Made by a program: the position numbers and the translations under genes. Below, one piece after another: positions 1 through 8,764 of a stretch of DNA of 64,000 nucleotides. The DNA lies in IMG/VR virus record IMGVR_UViG_3300023178_000017, positions 1-64,000 of that record; one strand, 5' to 3'. The notes under the pieces were generated by a model. The model was not told where the DNA came from, made no database searches, and saw only the letters and a program-made list of their open reading frames with translations. Each line of letters opens with the position of its first letter. The stretch's first letter is position 1. The DNA comes from a virus.

Positions 1-513
1 GATAAATGTATTATTGTTTCCGTGTATATCTAATCTCATATACATTCCACCATATTCATCATTGTCGATATAAAAATCACCTGTATCCGTGACTCTAAAT
101 CCTTGTCCAAATTTTACTGTATTATAATTACCTTGAATATGAAATCCAAAATAGTTATTTGTTGGATTGTTTCCTGTTGAAGTGTTTTGTTTAATAGTTA
201 GAACATTATCAGTTCCATCTAAATCACCACCCCAACTATAACCTGAACCCCATGTATCAGTCCACTTGACTGTATTGTTTGCACCTGTTTGAAGTATGTC
301 TATGGTGTTGTCTGCACCACCGATTGAAAAGTAAACCTCTTGGTCAAAACCTCTCTGTTCAATTGTAAGGTTTAAATCATCAGATGCAGTTGGTGTTTGA
401 ATATTGATTTCATTGTCGTCTGCAAAAGCAAGAGATCCCCAAACTAATAAAATACACCACCCTATCCATAAGAGTGGTGTATCTTTTGTTTCTTTATTAT
501 CTAAATTATCCAC
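1..513 (-). CDS. Secreted curlin-like (CsgA/CsgB-like) repeat protein, truncated by the window edge
   Basis: Not in the ORF track; translated by hand from GTG at 513 and open to position 1. Hydrophobic signal-like segment ending LAFA, then DDNEINIQ (compare ATDDNEIKITQ in 1767..2501). Curlin-type motifs ILQTGANN, IQGNYN, IHGNNN. Lies in the csgG/csgF locus. Confidence 0.6.
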   Translation of the reverse strand, partial: MDNLDNKETKDTPLLWIGWCILLVWGSLAFADDNEINIQTPTASDDLNLTIEQRGFDQEVYFSIGGADNTIDILQTGANNTVKWTDTWGSGYSWGGDLDGTDNVLTIKQNTSTGNNPTNNYFGFHIQGNYNTVKFGQGFRVTDTGDFYIDNDEYGGMYMRLDIHGNNNTFI

Positions 514-647
514 ATTAATAATAATCCTATAACCAGTCCTTCGAAGAATGCAAACCACATTACTCCGTAGTGACTCATGTCGAATTGGTTCATCCACCAT
601 TCAACATTTTTTTCATGCCACTTAAAGAATTTTTTAAGTATATCCAT
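501..647 (-). CDS. Small 48 aa membrane protein
   Basis: Hand translation MDILKKFFKWHEKNVEWW...LVIGLLLMWII; strong SD (CAGGAGG) upstream; C-terminal hydrophobic helix. Confidence 0.7.
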   Translation of the reverse strand: MDILKKFFKWHEKNVEWWMNQFDMSHYGVMWFAFFEGLVIGLLLMWII

Positions 648-667
648 AAGTTGCCTCCTGCTTATAT

Positions 668-1819
668 TTAGTTAGATTGATTAATGTAAATCTCAATGGT
701 TGGGTCACCATTACCAAATTCTATGACTCCTTGATAACCTTCAACATTTGTATCAATAAATCCAGAGTTGTCTCCAGCAATTATGATTTCAATAACTCCG
801 TTTACATTTCTGTATAGATATAGATCACCGTCTTGTATAAAGATATTGTATTGTGAATCTTTGTTGAAACCTAATTGAGCACCCTTAAGTGTTACTGTAC
901 CTGACCCAGCGCCTTTTTGTACATCACTCAATGATACTGTAGTCTTTGTTAGATCATCAATAACATCTAAGAGATCGGTAAGAAAATCTACGTCTAATAA
1001 GTCTATGTCTAATTCTGAAAACTCTAAATCGCCCTTAGTATCCTCTAATGCATCTTGTTCTAATTCGTTAAATTCTAAGAAGTCAACGTCTAATATTCCT
1101 TGATCTTGGTTCTGATCGTCTCTAGCGCCTTCTTCTATTTGTTGTCTGATTTCTGTAGGTGGATTAACAATGAACATATTGTCAATCATGTTTGGTGTTA
1201 TGTTTGCTAAAGTTAGTGGTGTCGCTGGTGTTTGATCAAATGATACGACCATAGTTGCCTGATATGCCTGGTCCAGCGTGACGCTACCGCCGTCATTAAA
1301 AACTTCTATAATTCCAGATGGATTTCCATCCTGATCAGGAAGCAAAATTACTAATGTTCTTCCGATCTCATCTATGGTTGTGGTAAAATCTGTACCTTTA
1401 ATTGATATTTGAGCAGCAGGTGTTGATACGTCTACGTTTGCTTTTTTAATTTTCTTTCCTGCGCCTGAGGTGAATCTTGCTGTGCCTCTGACCATGCGAA
1501 TTGCCATTTCAGATTTGTTTGGGTCAGGATCATAATATGCTTTATCGATATAAGCATAGGTGTGTTCTGTCATATCCAGAACTTCATCATCTAAGAAGAC
1601 GATCTTCATTCGACCGTTACCAGTCTTTGCTTCGTCTTTGAGTAGTATGTCTAAACCTACATCATTGCCAATACTCTCTGTATTACGAGTGATATTACCA
1701 ATGCCTGTGGATTCACGGATATCACCAATGGGATTGCCAAAAGCAACCCCACTGAGTAATAAAAAATTAAGAATCGGAGTTCGAATCTTTTTGTGTAAGT
1801 TGAATGATTGCATTATCAC
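668..1819 (-). CDS. FecR-domain exported protein
   Basis: Signal-like N-terminus; FecR-type motifs KTGNGRMKIVFLD and VSTPAAQISIKGTDF; acidic C-terminal region. Start uncertain. Confidence 0.7.
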   Translation of the reverse strand: MIMQSFNLHKKIRTPILNFLLLSGVAFGNPIGDIRESTGIGNITRNTESIGNDVGLDILLKDEAKTGNGRMKIVFLDDEVLDMTEHTYAYIDKAYYDPDPNKSEMAIRMVRGTARFTSGAGKKIKKANVDVSTPAAQISIKGTDFTTTIDEIGRTLVILLPDQDGNPSGIIEVFNDGGSVTLDQAYQATMVVSFDQTPATPLTLANITPNMIDNMFIVNPPTEIRQQIEEGARDDQNQDQGILDVDFLEFNELEQDALEDTKGDLEFSELDIDLLDVDFLTDLLDVIDDLTKTTVSLSDVQKGAGSGTVTLKGAQLGFNKDSQYNIFIQDGDLYLYRNVNGVIEIIIAGDNSGFIDTNVEGYQGVIEFGNGDPTIEIYINQSN

Positions 1820-2501
1820 TAGTTACATCTAAAACAATGACACCATTAGGTGTTGAACAAGATGCATTAGATGGTGAACAAGTACCAGATATCTGAGTGA
1901 TATCTACATCAGCACTGTCTCCGTCTAAAACAAAATCTATACTACCTGCACCGTCATTCTGTAGTGTATTGATATTACTAGAACCGCCTGTAATGTCAAA
2001 ATTCCAAACTAGGTCATCTGCTTCCCAATCAATGTCAAAAACATTTGAACTACCAATAATTATGAGATCGGCATCAAGTCTTTCAGCACTGTAAACATAA
2101 CCTTGATCTAAGTCAAAAGTATTGCTACTTCCTGTTACATCAAAATTAATATCTGAACTGTCAGCACTACCGATGTATCCGATATTCCAGTCGATCTCGT
2201 TTGAATCACCTGTAAAGTTTAGCGTATAGTAAGAACTATCTGCAACTACAGGACCAAATAAAATGTTTGAATTACCAGTAAAATCTAAATCGAACTCAAG
2301 TGTAGTACCAGTTATACTCATAGAAGATAAACTTCCTGAACTTGCATCGTCTCCACCAATTTTGTTTCCAAAACCGATTTGGTCGATATAAAGTTTCAAA
2401 GTATCACCAGTTTGAGTGATCTTAATTTCGTTATCATCAGTGGCTTGTGCGAAAACGAATGATGTCGACATAAGTAAAAATAAACTAATTAGTTTTTTCA
2501 T
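1767..2501 (-). CDS. Secreted curlin-like beta-solenoid protein
   Basis: Signal peptide (VFA|QA); repeats with GxxN turns (QIGFGN, TGNSN, TGDSN, TGSSN, IGSSN, GGSSN); directly downstream of csgG. Confidence 0.65.
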   Translation of the reverse strand: MKKLISLFLLMSTSFVFAQATDDNEIKITQTGDTLKLYIDQIGFGNKIGGDDASSGSLSSMSITGTTLEFDLDFTGNSNILFGPVVADSSYYTLNFTGDSNEIDWNIGYIGSADSSDINFDVTGSSNTFDLDQGYVYSAERLDADLIIIGSSNVFDIDWEADDLVWNFDITGGSSNINTLQNDGAGSIDFVLDGDSADVDITQISGTCSPSNASCSTPNGVIVLDVTSDNAIIQLTQKDSNSDS

Positions 2502-3423
2502 TTTCGTTATACCCCTCTATTTCCCAAAAACCTCTTCTGTGTCCTTGGTAGATTAATTCCAACACTGCAGCTTCAATAGCTGTTCGTGTTGCGTAAGTCA
2601 CCGATTCATTATTACCAACTCCGTCTTCATACTCCACTAGTCTAGTGCCTTGTTCGATGAATCTAAACACATCGCCTGTAGCACCATAACTCAGTATAGT
2701 TTTCCGAGTTTGTACATTAAGTAAAACTTCTCCAGTAAGAACTGAAACAGCTCTCATGGAAACTGTGACAACATCTTGTCGATATTGTCTCGCACTACCA
2801 ATTCCTAGATACCTTGCGCCTCGGCCTCCAGTTAAAATATTGGTATCATAACCAATTACACCACCTTCTATTATCATTCCTGCAAATAGAAGTGGTTGTA
2901 CTCCTTGTAGTTCTTCGCCTGTAGAGTCTGCGTATTCTTGTCTTGCAGTTCTAATGATTTGTCTTTCTCTTACAAGATGATCTAAACCATTTCTCTCTAC
3001 GACTCTGAACCATGTTCCGTTACCAGCAGTTTTAAGAGCATCAATAACTAACTCTGGTCCGCCTTGAGTTACTGCTGTACTAAATGATGCAATGTTGTCT
3101 ACACTTTTTCTTTGTCCTGTTTTATCTAAGAAATTATAGACAGTGACAATTGGTCTTTCTTTTGCTGGTGGTAATTGTAGCAACTCGATATAAGAAGGTA
3201 ATTTAACAACTTCTGGTTCTTCAACACAAATGTAAGGCATTGCCCGTTCAAACGTTCTGCCAGCTGCCTTTGCCAGATTCCATACATCGTTTGGATAATC
3301 TACGCCTTCTTCCCATGTTGCTGGGTTACAGTCTTGAGGATTATCAGACCATCTTGGTACAGATGCACATCCACTTATTAGAAGTGTAAGTGCTAGTAGA
3401 TATCTAACCACCATTTCCACCAT
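2485..3423 (-). CDS. csgG: Curli secretion channel CsgG-family lipoprotein
   Basis: Lipobox LLISGC; CsgG motifs VYNFLDKTGQRK, FSTAVTQG, WFRVVER.GL..L..ERQIIR, IEGGVIGYDTN..TGG.GARYLGIG, Y..DVVTVSMRAVSV.TGEVL. Confidence 0.93.
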   Translation of the reverse strand: MVEMVVRYLLALTLLISGCASVPRWSDNPQDCNPATWEEGVDYPNDVWNLAKAAGRTFERAMPYICVEEPEVVKLPSYIELLQLPPAKERPIVTVYNFLDKTGQRKSVDNIASFSTAVTQGGPELVIDALKTAGNGTWFRVVERNGLDHLVRERQIIRTARQEYADSTGEELQGVQPLLFAGMIIEGGVIGYDTNILTGGRGARYLGIGSARQYRQDVVTVSMRAVSVLTGEVLLNVQTRKTILSYGATGDVFRFIEQGTRLVEYEDGVGNNESVTYATRTAIEAAVLELIYQGHRRGFWEIEGYNENEKTN

Positions 3424-3889
3424 CAGGATCTTGTGCGAAGTTTCCTGTTCCTACTGGTATGGTGATCTCTGTGGTTGTACCATCTTCTGCTACAACAATC
3501 AGTCTGATAAACTCAGCACCTGTTTCATCTGTGATAACTTCCCATGTAATGGTGTTACCTTCTAATACAAATGAACCGAAACCTGCTGGGTTATCATTTG
3601 CGAACATAGACTCTACTAATTGCTTAGCAAATTGAGCGTAGATTCTACTTTCTAAGTTACGTATAAATTTTGCTAGGGTTGAATTTTCTGCCTCTCTTTC
3701 AGCTGCCTTTCTGGCCGATTCAAGTGCATCTTCAATTGCCTTTTTTCTTGAGAACTCTTGGTTTTCAATGGTCAGATAGTGTGCGCCTGTGCCGACACCA
3801 CTAAAGGATGGATTTTTAAATCCAAATTTAATCTCGTCTGCTAAAACTGGTAGTGATAGTAGACTAAGAACTAGAACTCTTTTTATCAT
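3404..3889 (-). CDS. csgF: Curli assembly component CsgF-like
   Basis: Signal peptide followed by EIKFGFKNPSFSG (CsgF N-terminal NPxFxG motif); F..NLESRIYAQ; adjacent to csgG. Confidence 0.8.
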   Translation of the reverse strand: MIKRVLVLSLLSLPVLADEIKFGFKNPSFSGVGTGAHYLTIENQEFSRKKAIEDALESARKAAEREAENSTLAKFIRNLESRIYAQFAKQLVESMFANDNPAGFGSFVLEGNTITWEVITDETGAEFIRLIVVAEDGTTTEITIPVGTGNFAQDPDGGNGG

Positions 3890-4154
3890 TGGTTTTTACC
3901 TTGCCCTTTTTCTTCTCGTTTTCTCTATACTCTAAAACTACATCAACCTTTTGTTGTAGTCGTATAAGGTCTTGGTCTAACATTCTAGTTTGGTCTATTA
4001 CTCTTATCAATGCAAAATGCATCTTTTCAATTTCGGGCTCTATGTGTTCACCAATGAACCACCACACATAGTAAATAAAGTAACCTAGACCAATTGCTAG
4101 TATAATAGGAAATCCGTACTCTTGGACTTTTGAGATAATGTCAAATTCTTCCAT
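3864..4154 (-). CDS. Small single-pass membrane protein (GFP-motif, coiled coil)
   Basis: YGFPIILAIGLGYFIYYVW transmembrane segment; apparent paralogue of the upstream gene. Confidence 0.7.
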   Translation of the reverse strand: MEEFDIISKVQEYGFPIILAIGLGYFIYYVWWFIGEHIEPEIEKMHFALIRVIDQTRMLDQDLIRLQQKVDVVLEYRENEKKKGKVKTNDKKSSSS

Positions 4155-4447
4155 TAATCTCTTCTCACATCCAATTTACCGTCTTCGATAAAGTTCTCTG
4201 CACGAGCAACTCTCTCAATATCAGGTCGAAGTTCCAATGCTGACGATACTAACATGTCTATCTTAATCATTTCATTAGACATGGTTCTTGCACGATTCTC
4301 TAGTGACTTACAGAACATAGTAAGCGTCTGAATGTCATCAACTATACCTTGAAGTATTTGTTTAATGATAATGAATATAAAACTTCCCATAACTAAGGCG
4401 ATAGCTACAGGGAAGCCCAACTCAGTTATCATTTCGAATACATCCAT
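4154..4447 (-). CDS. Small single-pass membrane protein (GFP-motif, coiled coil)
   Basis: LGFPVAIALVMGSFIFIII transmembrane segment. Start moved to ATG 4447, just downstream of the late promoter at 4456-4463. Confidence 0.7.
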   Translation of the reverse strand: MDVFEMITELGFPVAIALVMGSFIFIIIKQILQGIVDDIQTLTMFCKSLENRARTMSNEMIKIDMLVSSALELRPDIERVARAENFIEDGKLDVRRD

Positions 4448-4455
4448 TATACTCT

Positions 4456-4469
4456 TATTTATATAAATA
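4456..4469. promoter_or_regulatory. Overlapping divergent T4-type late promoters (TATAAATA on both strands)
   Basis: TATTTATATAAATA: minus-strand box 4456-4463 and plus-strand box 4462-4469; gp55 is encoded in the window. Confidence 0.7.
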
Positions 4470-4474
4470 AAGGT

Positions 4475-4581
4475 ATCGTTCAACCCTTTTTCTAGGGTCG
4501 GAAGTAGTCATAAGACGAAGGAACGCATTGTTACGTTCATCTATTTTTAGACGGAAGTAGGCAATGGTGCTGAAGGAACGC
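4475..4581 (+). ncRNA. Tandem glutamine riboswitch aptamers (glnA motif / glutamine-I class)
   Basis: Two copies of CGTTCA-[stem]-CGGAAGTAG-[stem]-GAAGGAACGC at about 4477-4526 and 4534-4581. Matches the glnA-motif three-way junction core, which often occurs in tandem. Confidence 0.85.
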
Positions 4582-4600
4582 AATCTTTTCGGAGATTGAC

Positions 4601-4753
4601 ATGACTAAATATCAAGCAATGCTCTTTCAAAGAGCAGTCAAAAAATCTCTTAGGGAAAAACATCTAAGCTCTAGGGCTAAGAATTATAAAATTGAAAAGA
4701 AGGAATCTGTAGAATTACCAAAGTATATTACAGATAACCCTTTTTATCCTTAA
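4601..4753 (+). CDS. Small basic 50 aa protein downstream of the glutamine riboswitch
   Basis: Hand translation MTKYQAMLFQRAVKKSLREKHLSSRAKNYKIEKKESVELPKYITDNPFYP; SD GGAG at 4591-4594; followed by a terminator. Confidence 0.7.
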   Translation: MTKYQAMLFQRAVKKSLREKHLSSRAKNYKIEKKESVELPKYITDNPFYP

Positions 4754-4756
4754 GAT

Positions 4757-4789
4757 AAAAAAAAGGGGACGTTATGTCCCCTTTGTTAT
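4757..4789. terminator. Bidirectional intrinsic terminator
   Basis: A-run, GGGGAC-gttat-GTCCCC stem, then T-rich tract; between convergent genes. Confidence 0.8.
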
Positions 4790-4802
4790 TTTTAACTAAA
4801 AA

Positions 4803-5084
4803 TTACTTTAGTTGAGAATGGATCTCATTGATTACTTCAGCTTTTGTTCCTGATCTCTTAACTTTGAGATTCTTCTTCTCTGCCATATCAAGTAGTTGAA
4901 CTTTCGTTAACTTCTTTAGCTCGAATTTAGAAACAGCACCGTCAGCATTTCTATCTACAGAGACACCTGGTCTTGTAGAAGGAACTGGAGATGGTGTGAC
5001 AGTGGTAGAAGTATTACTTTTACCTCTGTTTACTATGAAGTAACCGATCACAAATACTGCAACTGCAATCAAAAAATATTCCAT
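4803..5084 (-). CDS. Membrane-anchored protein with C-terminal HeH/Rho-N-like domain
   Basis: N-terminal TM; ELKKLTKVQLLDMAEKKNLKVKRSGTKAEVI resembles a helix-extension-helix motif. Confidence 0.55.
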   Translation of the reverse strand: MEYFLIAVAVFVIGYFIVNRGKSNTSTTVTPSPVPSTRPGVSVDRNADGAVSKFELKKLTKVQLLDMAEKKNLKVKRSGTKAEVINEIHSQLK

Positions 5085-5127
5085 AATGTACTCCTAATTA
5101 GGTTTTAGTTACCATCCTATCAGATCG

Positions 5128-5334
5128 TTACTTATCTAACAAGGGGTTTTTATCTTTTGCTTTACCAATTGCTAGGGCAAGTACTTCTAACCATTTGTAG
5201 ACTTTTGCCCATAATTTGTCATCTGCTGGTGTTGGTGTCATAGCGACAATAACACTACAAATTGAGATAACAACTGGAACTATCATAAGTAGATTCCAGA
5301 TTCCCATTATAAAATCAATTATGCCTGAAAACAT
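5128..5334 (-). CDS. Small membrane protein (holin-like, TPTPxDD motif)
   Basis: Hydrophobic N-half, TPTPADD motif, SD upstream. Confidence 0.6.
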   Translation of the reverse strand: MFSGIIDFIMGIWNLLMIVPVVISICSVIVAMTPTPADDKLWAKVYKWLEVLALAIGKAKDKNPLLDK

Positions 5335-5359
5335 ATTGACCTCCTATTTTTTATGGTAT

Positions 5360-5779
5360 TTAGTTGTTTATATTACCAATTGAATACTTAGTTGTAAGTT
5401 TCCAATCTGATTTTTCTTTATATGATACTACCTTTATTTGAGATAAAGGCGACTTAGGTTCTGATATTTTAGATGGATCATTAACCTTCAATAAGTTCCA
5501 TTGTTGTAAAAGATCAATGATTGTGTTTCTTCTACCAATGTCTGACTCATCAATATTGGTTTGTTTACCGTCTAGTAAAAATAGTTCTTTAAAGTGTACG
5601 ATATAATACTTGCCTTTTTTATGAAGAATGTGACATGATTGAAATAACTCTTTGTCTTTCCTCGAAGCTACGCCTATACGTGATAAGGTTTCTCTTATCT
5701 TTAAAAAATCGTCTTTTTCGGGGAATGTTATTTCGATTAAGTCTTTTACTATATCGTGTTCATCCATTATTCTTACCAC
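5360..5779 (-). CDS. regA: Translational repressor RegA
   Basis: DDFLKIRETLSRIGVAS...LFQSCHILHKKGKYYIVHFKELF; T4 synteny after gp62. Start probably the ATG near 5767. Confidence 0.95.
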   Translation of the reverse strand: MVRIMDEHDIVKDLIEITFPEKDDFLKIRETLSRIGVASRKDKELFQSCHILHKKGKYYIVHFKELFLLDGKQTNIDESDIGRRNTIIDLLQQWNLLKVNDPSKISEPKSPLSQIKVVSYKEKSDWKLTTKYSIGNINN

Positions 5780-6152
5780 CAGTTTTCATACTCTCTTTCA
5801 AGTCACGGTATTGTTTATCGTCTAATAACTCTAAATACTCTTTCGCTATTTTAGTTGATACACCATAAGATTCTCTTACAGTGTCTATTTTTTTAGATTC
5901 ATATGGCTTCTGCCACTTGCTGAACCTTTTTCTTTTTCTAAGAGTATTTATTAAAAAAGAGTATTGAAGACGACTGTCCAGACTGTGCCGGACATTCATT
6001 TCGTTGACGAAAAAGAGCGAATCTTGGTGATAAGATAATGCTCGATTTACTAGGAATGGTTGATAAGACTTCTCTTCTACCTCATCAACCATGATATCGA
6101 CTTTGTCAAAACTGACATTTTTAACATAGTCGAATGGATTTCTTTTGGACAT
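5760..6152 (-). CDS. gp62: Clamp loader small subunit
   Basis: YQPFLVNRALS...NEMN...QYSFLINTLRKRKRFSKW; synteny. Confidence 0.9.
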   Translation of the reverse strand: MSKRNPFDYVKNVSFDKVDIMVDEVEEKSYQPFLVNRALSYHQDSLFFVNEMNVRHSLDSRLQYSFLINTLRKRKRFSKWQKPYESKKIDTVRESYGVSTKIAKEYLELLDDKQYRDLKESMKTGGKNNG

Positions 6153-6451
6153 TAAGCAAGTGCTTGTTGTGTGACAGAAGGCAATACTTTTCTTTGATAT
6201 TCATTAATCAGTTCATCGCCTTTAAGTTCTTTACCAAAGTATACGATAGAACCATCATCAAGTGTTCTTTCAATAAGTCCACTATTGAAACTTCTATCAA
6301 CGACACCTTTACCATCTTGAGTATCTTGTGGTCTAGTGTCGTACCACATACTACTCAAACTATGAGCATGAATGCCTGAAACACCTTTTGCCCATTCTTC
6401 TGCTTCTAAGAGAACTCTTTGTCTCTCTACTTTATTTTTAAACTCCGTCAT
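6152..6451 (-). CDS. Hypothetical protein
   Basis: ORF coupled to both neighbours by overlapping stop/start codons. Confidence 0.7.
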   Translation of the reverse strand: MTEFKNKVERQRVLLEAEEWAKGVSGIHAHSLSSMWYDTRPQDTQDGKGVVDRSFNSGLIERTLDDGSIVYFGKELKGDELINEYQRKVLPSVTQQALA

Positions 6452-6573
6452 GTATTGTCTCCATCATTATATTTAACCCTTGACTTGTCAAACTGTCGAT
6501 TTGCTGTTCTTTGAAAAGACTTTTCAATCTGTCTGTCAAACCACCTTCTAAACCATTGTCTAAGTTTACCCAT
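6448..6573 (-). CDS. Small hypothetical protein (41 aa)
   Basis: Hand translation MGKLRQWFRRWFDRQIEKSF...; TAATG and ATGA coupling on both sides. Confidence 0.6.
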   Translation of the reverse strand: MGKLRQWFRRWFDRQIEKSFQRTANRQFDKSRVKYNDGDNT

Positions 6574-6749
6574 TATGACCAACCTCCGTCTATCTCTTGT
6601 AAGACTTCGTTAGTTGCACCTAGGATATCGGTAAGAGGTTCGTCAAAGATTGCGATATCTTCATGACCCTCTTCTATTAATGCTTTAACTATTTCACCAG
6701 CATCAACAATGATTTGTAGCTGGTATTTCATTTCTTCTGATATACTCAT
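6573..6749 (-). CDS. Small acidic hypothetical protein (58 aa)
   Basis: Hand translation MSISEEMKYQLQIIVDAG...; ATGA overlap with the gp44 stop. Confidence 0.6.
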   Translation of the reverse strand: MSISEEMKYQLQIIVDAGEIVKALIEEGHEDIAIFDEPLTDILGATNEVLQEIDGGWS

Positions 6750-7696
6750 TTGAATTTACACTCCGACATAATTTCTGTTAAACATGCAACGAAATTGATT
6801 TCTGAATCCATTGCAAAGGCAGACTTATGTTGATAGTCTGCTATTAATAAAACTGAAGCAGGTATACTAGATGGTTGTAATTTCTTTTCTAAAGCATTGA
6901 ACAACTTCCTATATAGAGTGTTGAAGTCCTGATCAGAATTCTGACCGACCCACTTTCTCATACCAGCCCAATCTTTGTCCTTTAACATGTCAAGTAATGG
7001 TGTTAGTTTCTCTTCTGATAAAGTTGCAAGAAGGCCTGAGTCAATCTCACCACTTGCACCATATCTTTGCACTTCATTTAGACATCTTCTAAAGTCAGGA
7101 AAGAATTTGAGAATAAGTTCTACTAGTACTTGTGTATCATATTTGATGCCTTCACTATCACAAATCTCCATGAGACGTGAGAGAAATACACTTGCTAGTC
7201 TTTGTTTCTCTTCTGGTGTGATACTGAAATCTATAACAGTACAACGAGAATGAAGAGCAGGAATAATCCTGTTCTTATAGTTACACGTGAATATGAATCT
7301 ACAGTTAGAAGAGAACTCTTCAATAAAGTTTCTCAATGCAGGTTGAACTGAGTCAGCAGATATGTAATCTGCCTCATCTAAGATAACAACTTTAGGACCA
7401 CCTGCAAGTGATACTGTAGATGCAAAGTTTTTGATCTTTGTTCGTAGGGTGTCAATCAAACGGCCCTCGTCTGAGCCGTTAATGACAATAAAGTCTGCAC
7501 CCAATTCATTACATAATGCTTTTGCAACTGTAGTCTTACCAACCCCAGCAGAACCACTTAGTAATAGATTTGGTATTTCACCATTCTTTACGAACTCAAA
7601 GAATGATTTTTTGATAGATGCAGGAAGTATCGTGTCCTCAATTGTTTGAGGACGATACTTTTCAACGTAAAGAAATTCCTTACTCATGGAGACCAA
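6746..7696 (-). CDS. gp44: Clamp loader large subunit (AAA+)
   Basis: VEKYRPQ, Walker A GSAGVGKTT, ILDEADY, SRC motif. Confidence 0.96.
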   Translation of the reverse strand: MVSMSKEFLYVEKYRPQTIEDTILPASIKKSFFEFVKNGEIPNLLLSGSAGVGKTTVAKALCNELGADFIVINGSDEGRLIDTLRTKIKNFASTVSLAGGPKVVILDEADYISADSVQPALRNFIEEFSSNCRFIFTCNYKNRIIPALHSRCTVIDFSITPEEKQRLASVFLSRLMEICDSEGIKYDTQVLVELILKFFPDFRRCLNEVQRYGASGEIDSGLLATLSEEKLTPLLDMLKDKDWAGMRKWVGQNSDQDFNTLYRKLFNALEKKLQPSSIPASVLLIADYQHKSAFAMDSEINFVACLTEIMSECKFK

Positions 7697-7803
7697 ACCC
7701 CTCCGAATGGTCGTGTAGAATACCCAAGATTGATGATGAGATCACTCTACTCCCATGATTGAAGCGGAGACTGGCACTTCTATCACACTTATTAATATAT
7801 ATG

Positions 7804-8511
7804 CTAAACATTATATTTTGAATCAGGTTCTAGTGCAATAAAGTACTCTAAGTCCACATCTTTGTTTTTGAAGTTTGATATACCTTTAGAAGATACAAAC
7901 ACTTCATAATTACCTTGTAAGATTTTTAAATTTTCAATTTTGAAGTTCATAGAGAATGAAACACCATTGCCTTCACCTACAATTCTACTGAATGTATTAG
8001 ATGTTGCATTCTTCTTATCAGTAACTACAAACTCAATCTTGGTACCATCTGATTTAAGAATTAAATCATTTACACCTAGAACACTTGCAGCTTTCTGTAG
8101 TTCATCTAGTAGTGTTGATGATAAATCAATCTTGACCTCTGCATCTGGCATTGTGATCATCTTTTCAGGTGAAGTCACCATACCCTCACTTGCATAGAAG
8201 TAAGTCATAGCAGAATCATTGTCTGAGATAGATGCTGAACTTTCATTGAAATTGAATTCAGGATTATCCAATAACGAAGTTGCACCTAAGAACTCTGCAA
8301 GATTGTAGATACTAAACTCTTGGCTGAATGTTTCAGGCACCGTTGCCACTGCCAAGATATTTTTCATATTCGAGATTGTCTTAAGTTGATTACCTGAATC
8401 GACTTTGATTCCCGAATTTATAGTTGCGAAGTTTTTTAATATACTTCTAGTTTCATTACTTATTTTCACTGTTAGCCTCCTTGTCGTGAACGTGTAACAT
8501 GAACATGGCAT
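7804..8511 (-). CDS. gp45: Sliding clamp
   Basis: ILKNFATINSGI...FSIYNLAEFL...YFIALEPDS; true start probably GTG near 8469. Confidence 0.93.
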   Translation of the reverse strand: MPCSCYTFTTRRLTVKISNETRSILKNFATINSGIKVDSGNQLKTISNMKNILAVATVPETFSQEFSIYNLAEFLGATSLLDNPEFNFNESSASISDNDSAMTYFYASEGMVTSPEKMITMPDAEVKIDLSSTLLDELQKAASVLGVNDLILKSDGTKIEFVVTDKKNATSNTFSRIVGEGNGVSFSMNFKIENLKILQGNYEVFVSSKGISNFKNKDVDLEYFIALEPDSKYNV

Positions 8512-8764
8512 AATGAATTACTTTAAGTAAGTCTGCCCTATTCTTCCCATTTTTCTTTCCGTATCTTTGTGCATATTTCATTATGTTTCCGATACAGAAA
8601 CCTTCACCATGTCCACTGTCAATAATAAATTCAGTGGATTGGTATTTGTTCAGTGAGTAATGTTGATCATACGTCTTATCAATATAAGAGGACAACTCCT
8701 TCAGGAGTTTGTCCTCGTTATACTTGTAGTCAATCTTTCTCTTAAACATACTCATCGGTATCAT
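8456..8764 (-). CDS. Conserved T4-like phage protein (DUF3310-like)
   Basis: TYDQHY...GFCIGNIMKYAQRYGKK...DLLKVIHY. Confidence 0.7.
   Translation of the reverse strand: MIPMSMFKRKIDYKYNEDKLLKELSSYIDKTYDQHYSLNKYQSTEFIIDSGHGEGFCIGNIMKYAQRYGKKNGKNRADLLKVIHYAMFMLHVHDKEANSENK

Noticed and set aside
4475-4581. Riboswitch directly controlling the curli operon
   Set aside because: It lies on the opposite strand, upstream of the curli promoter.
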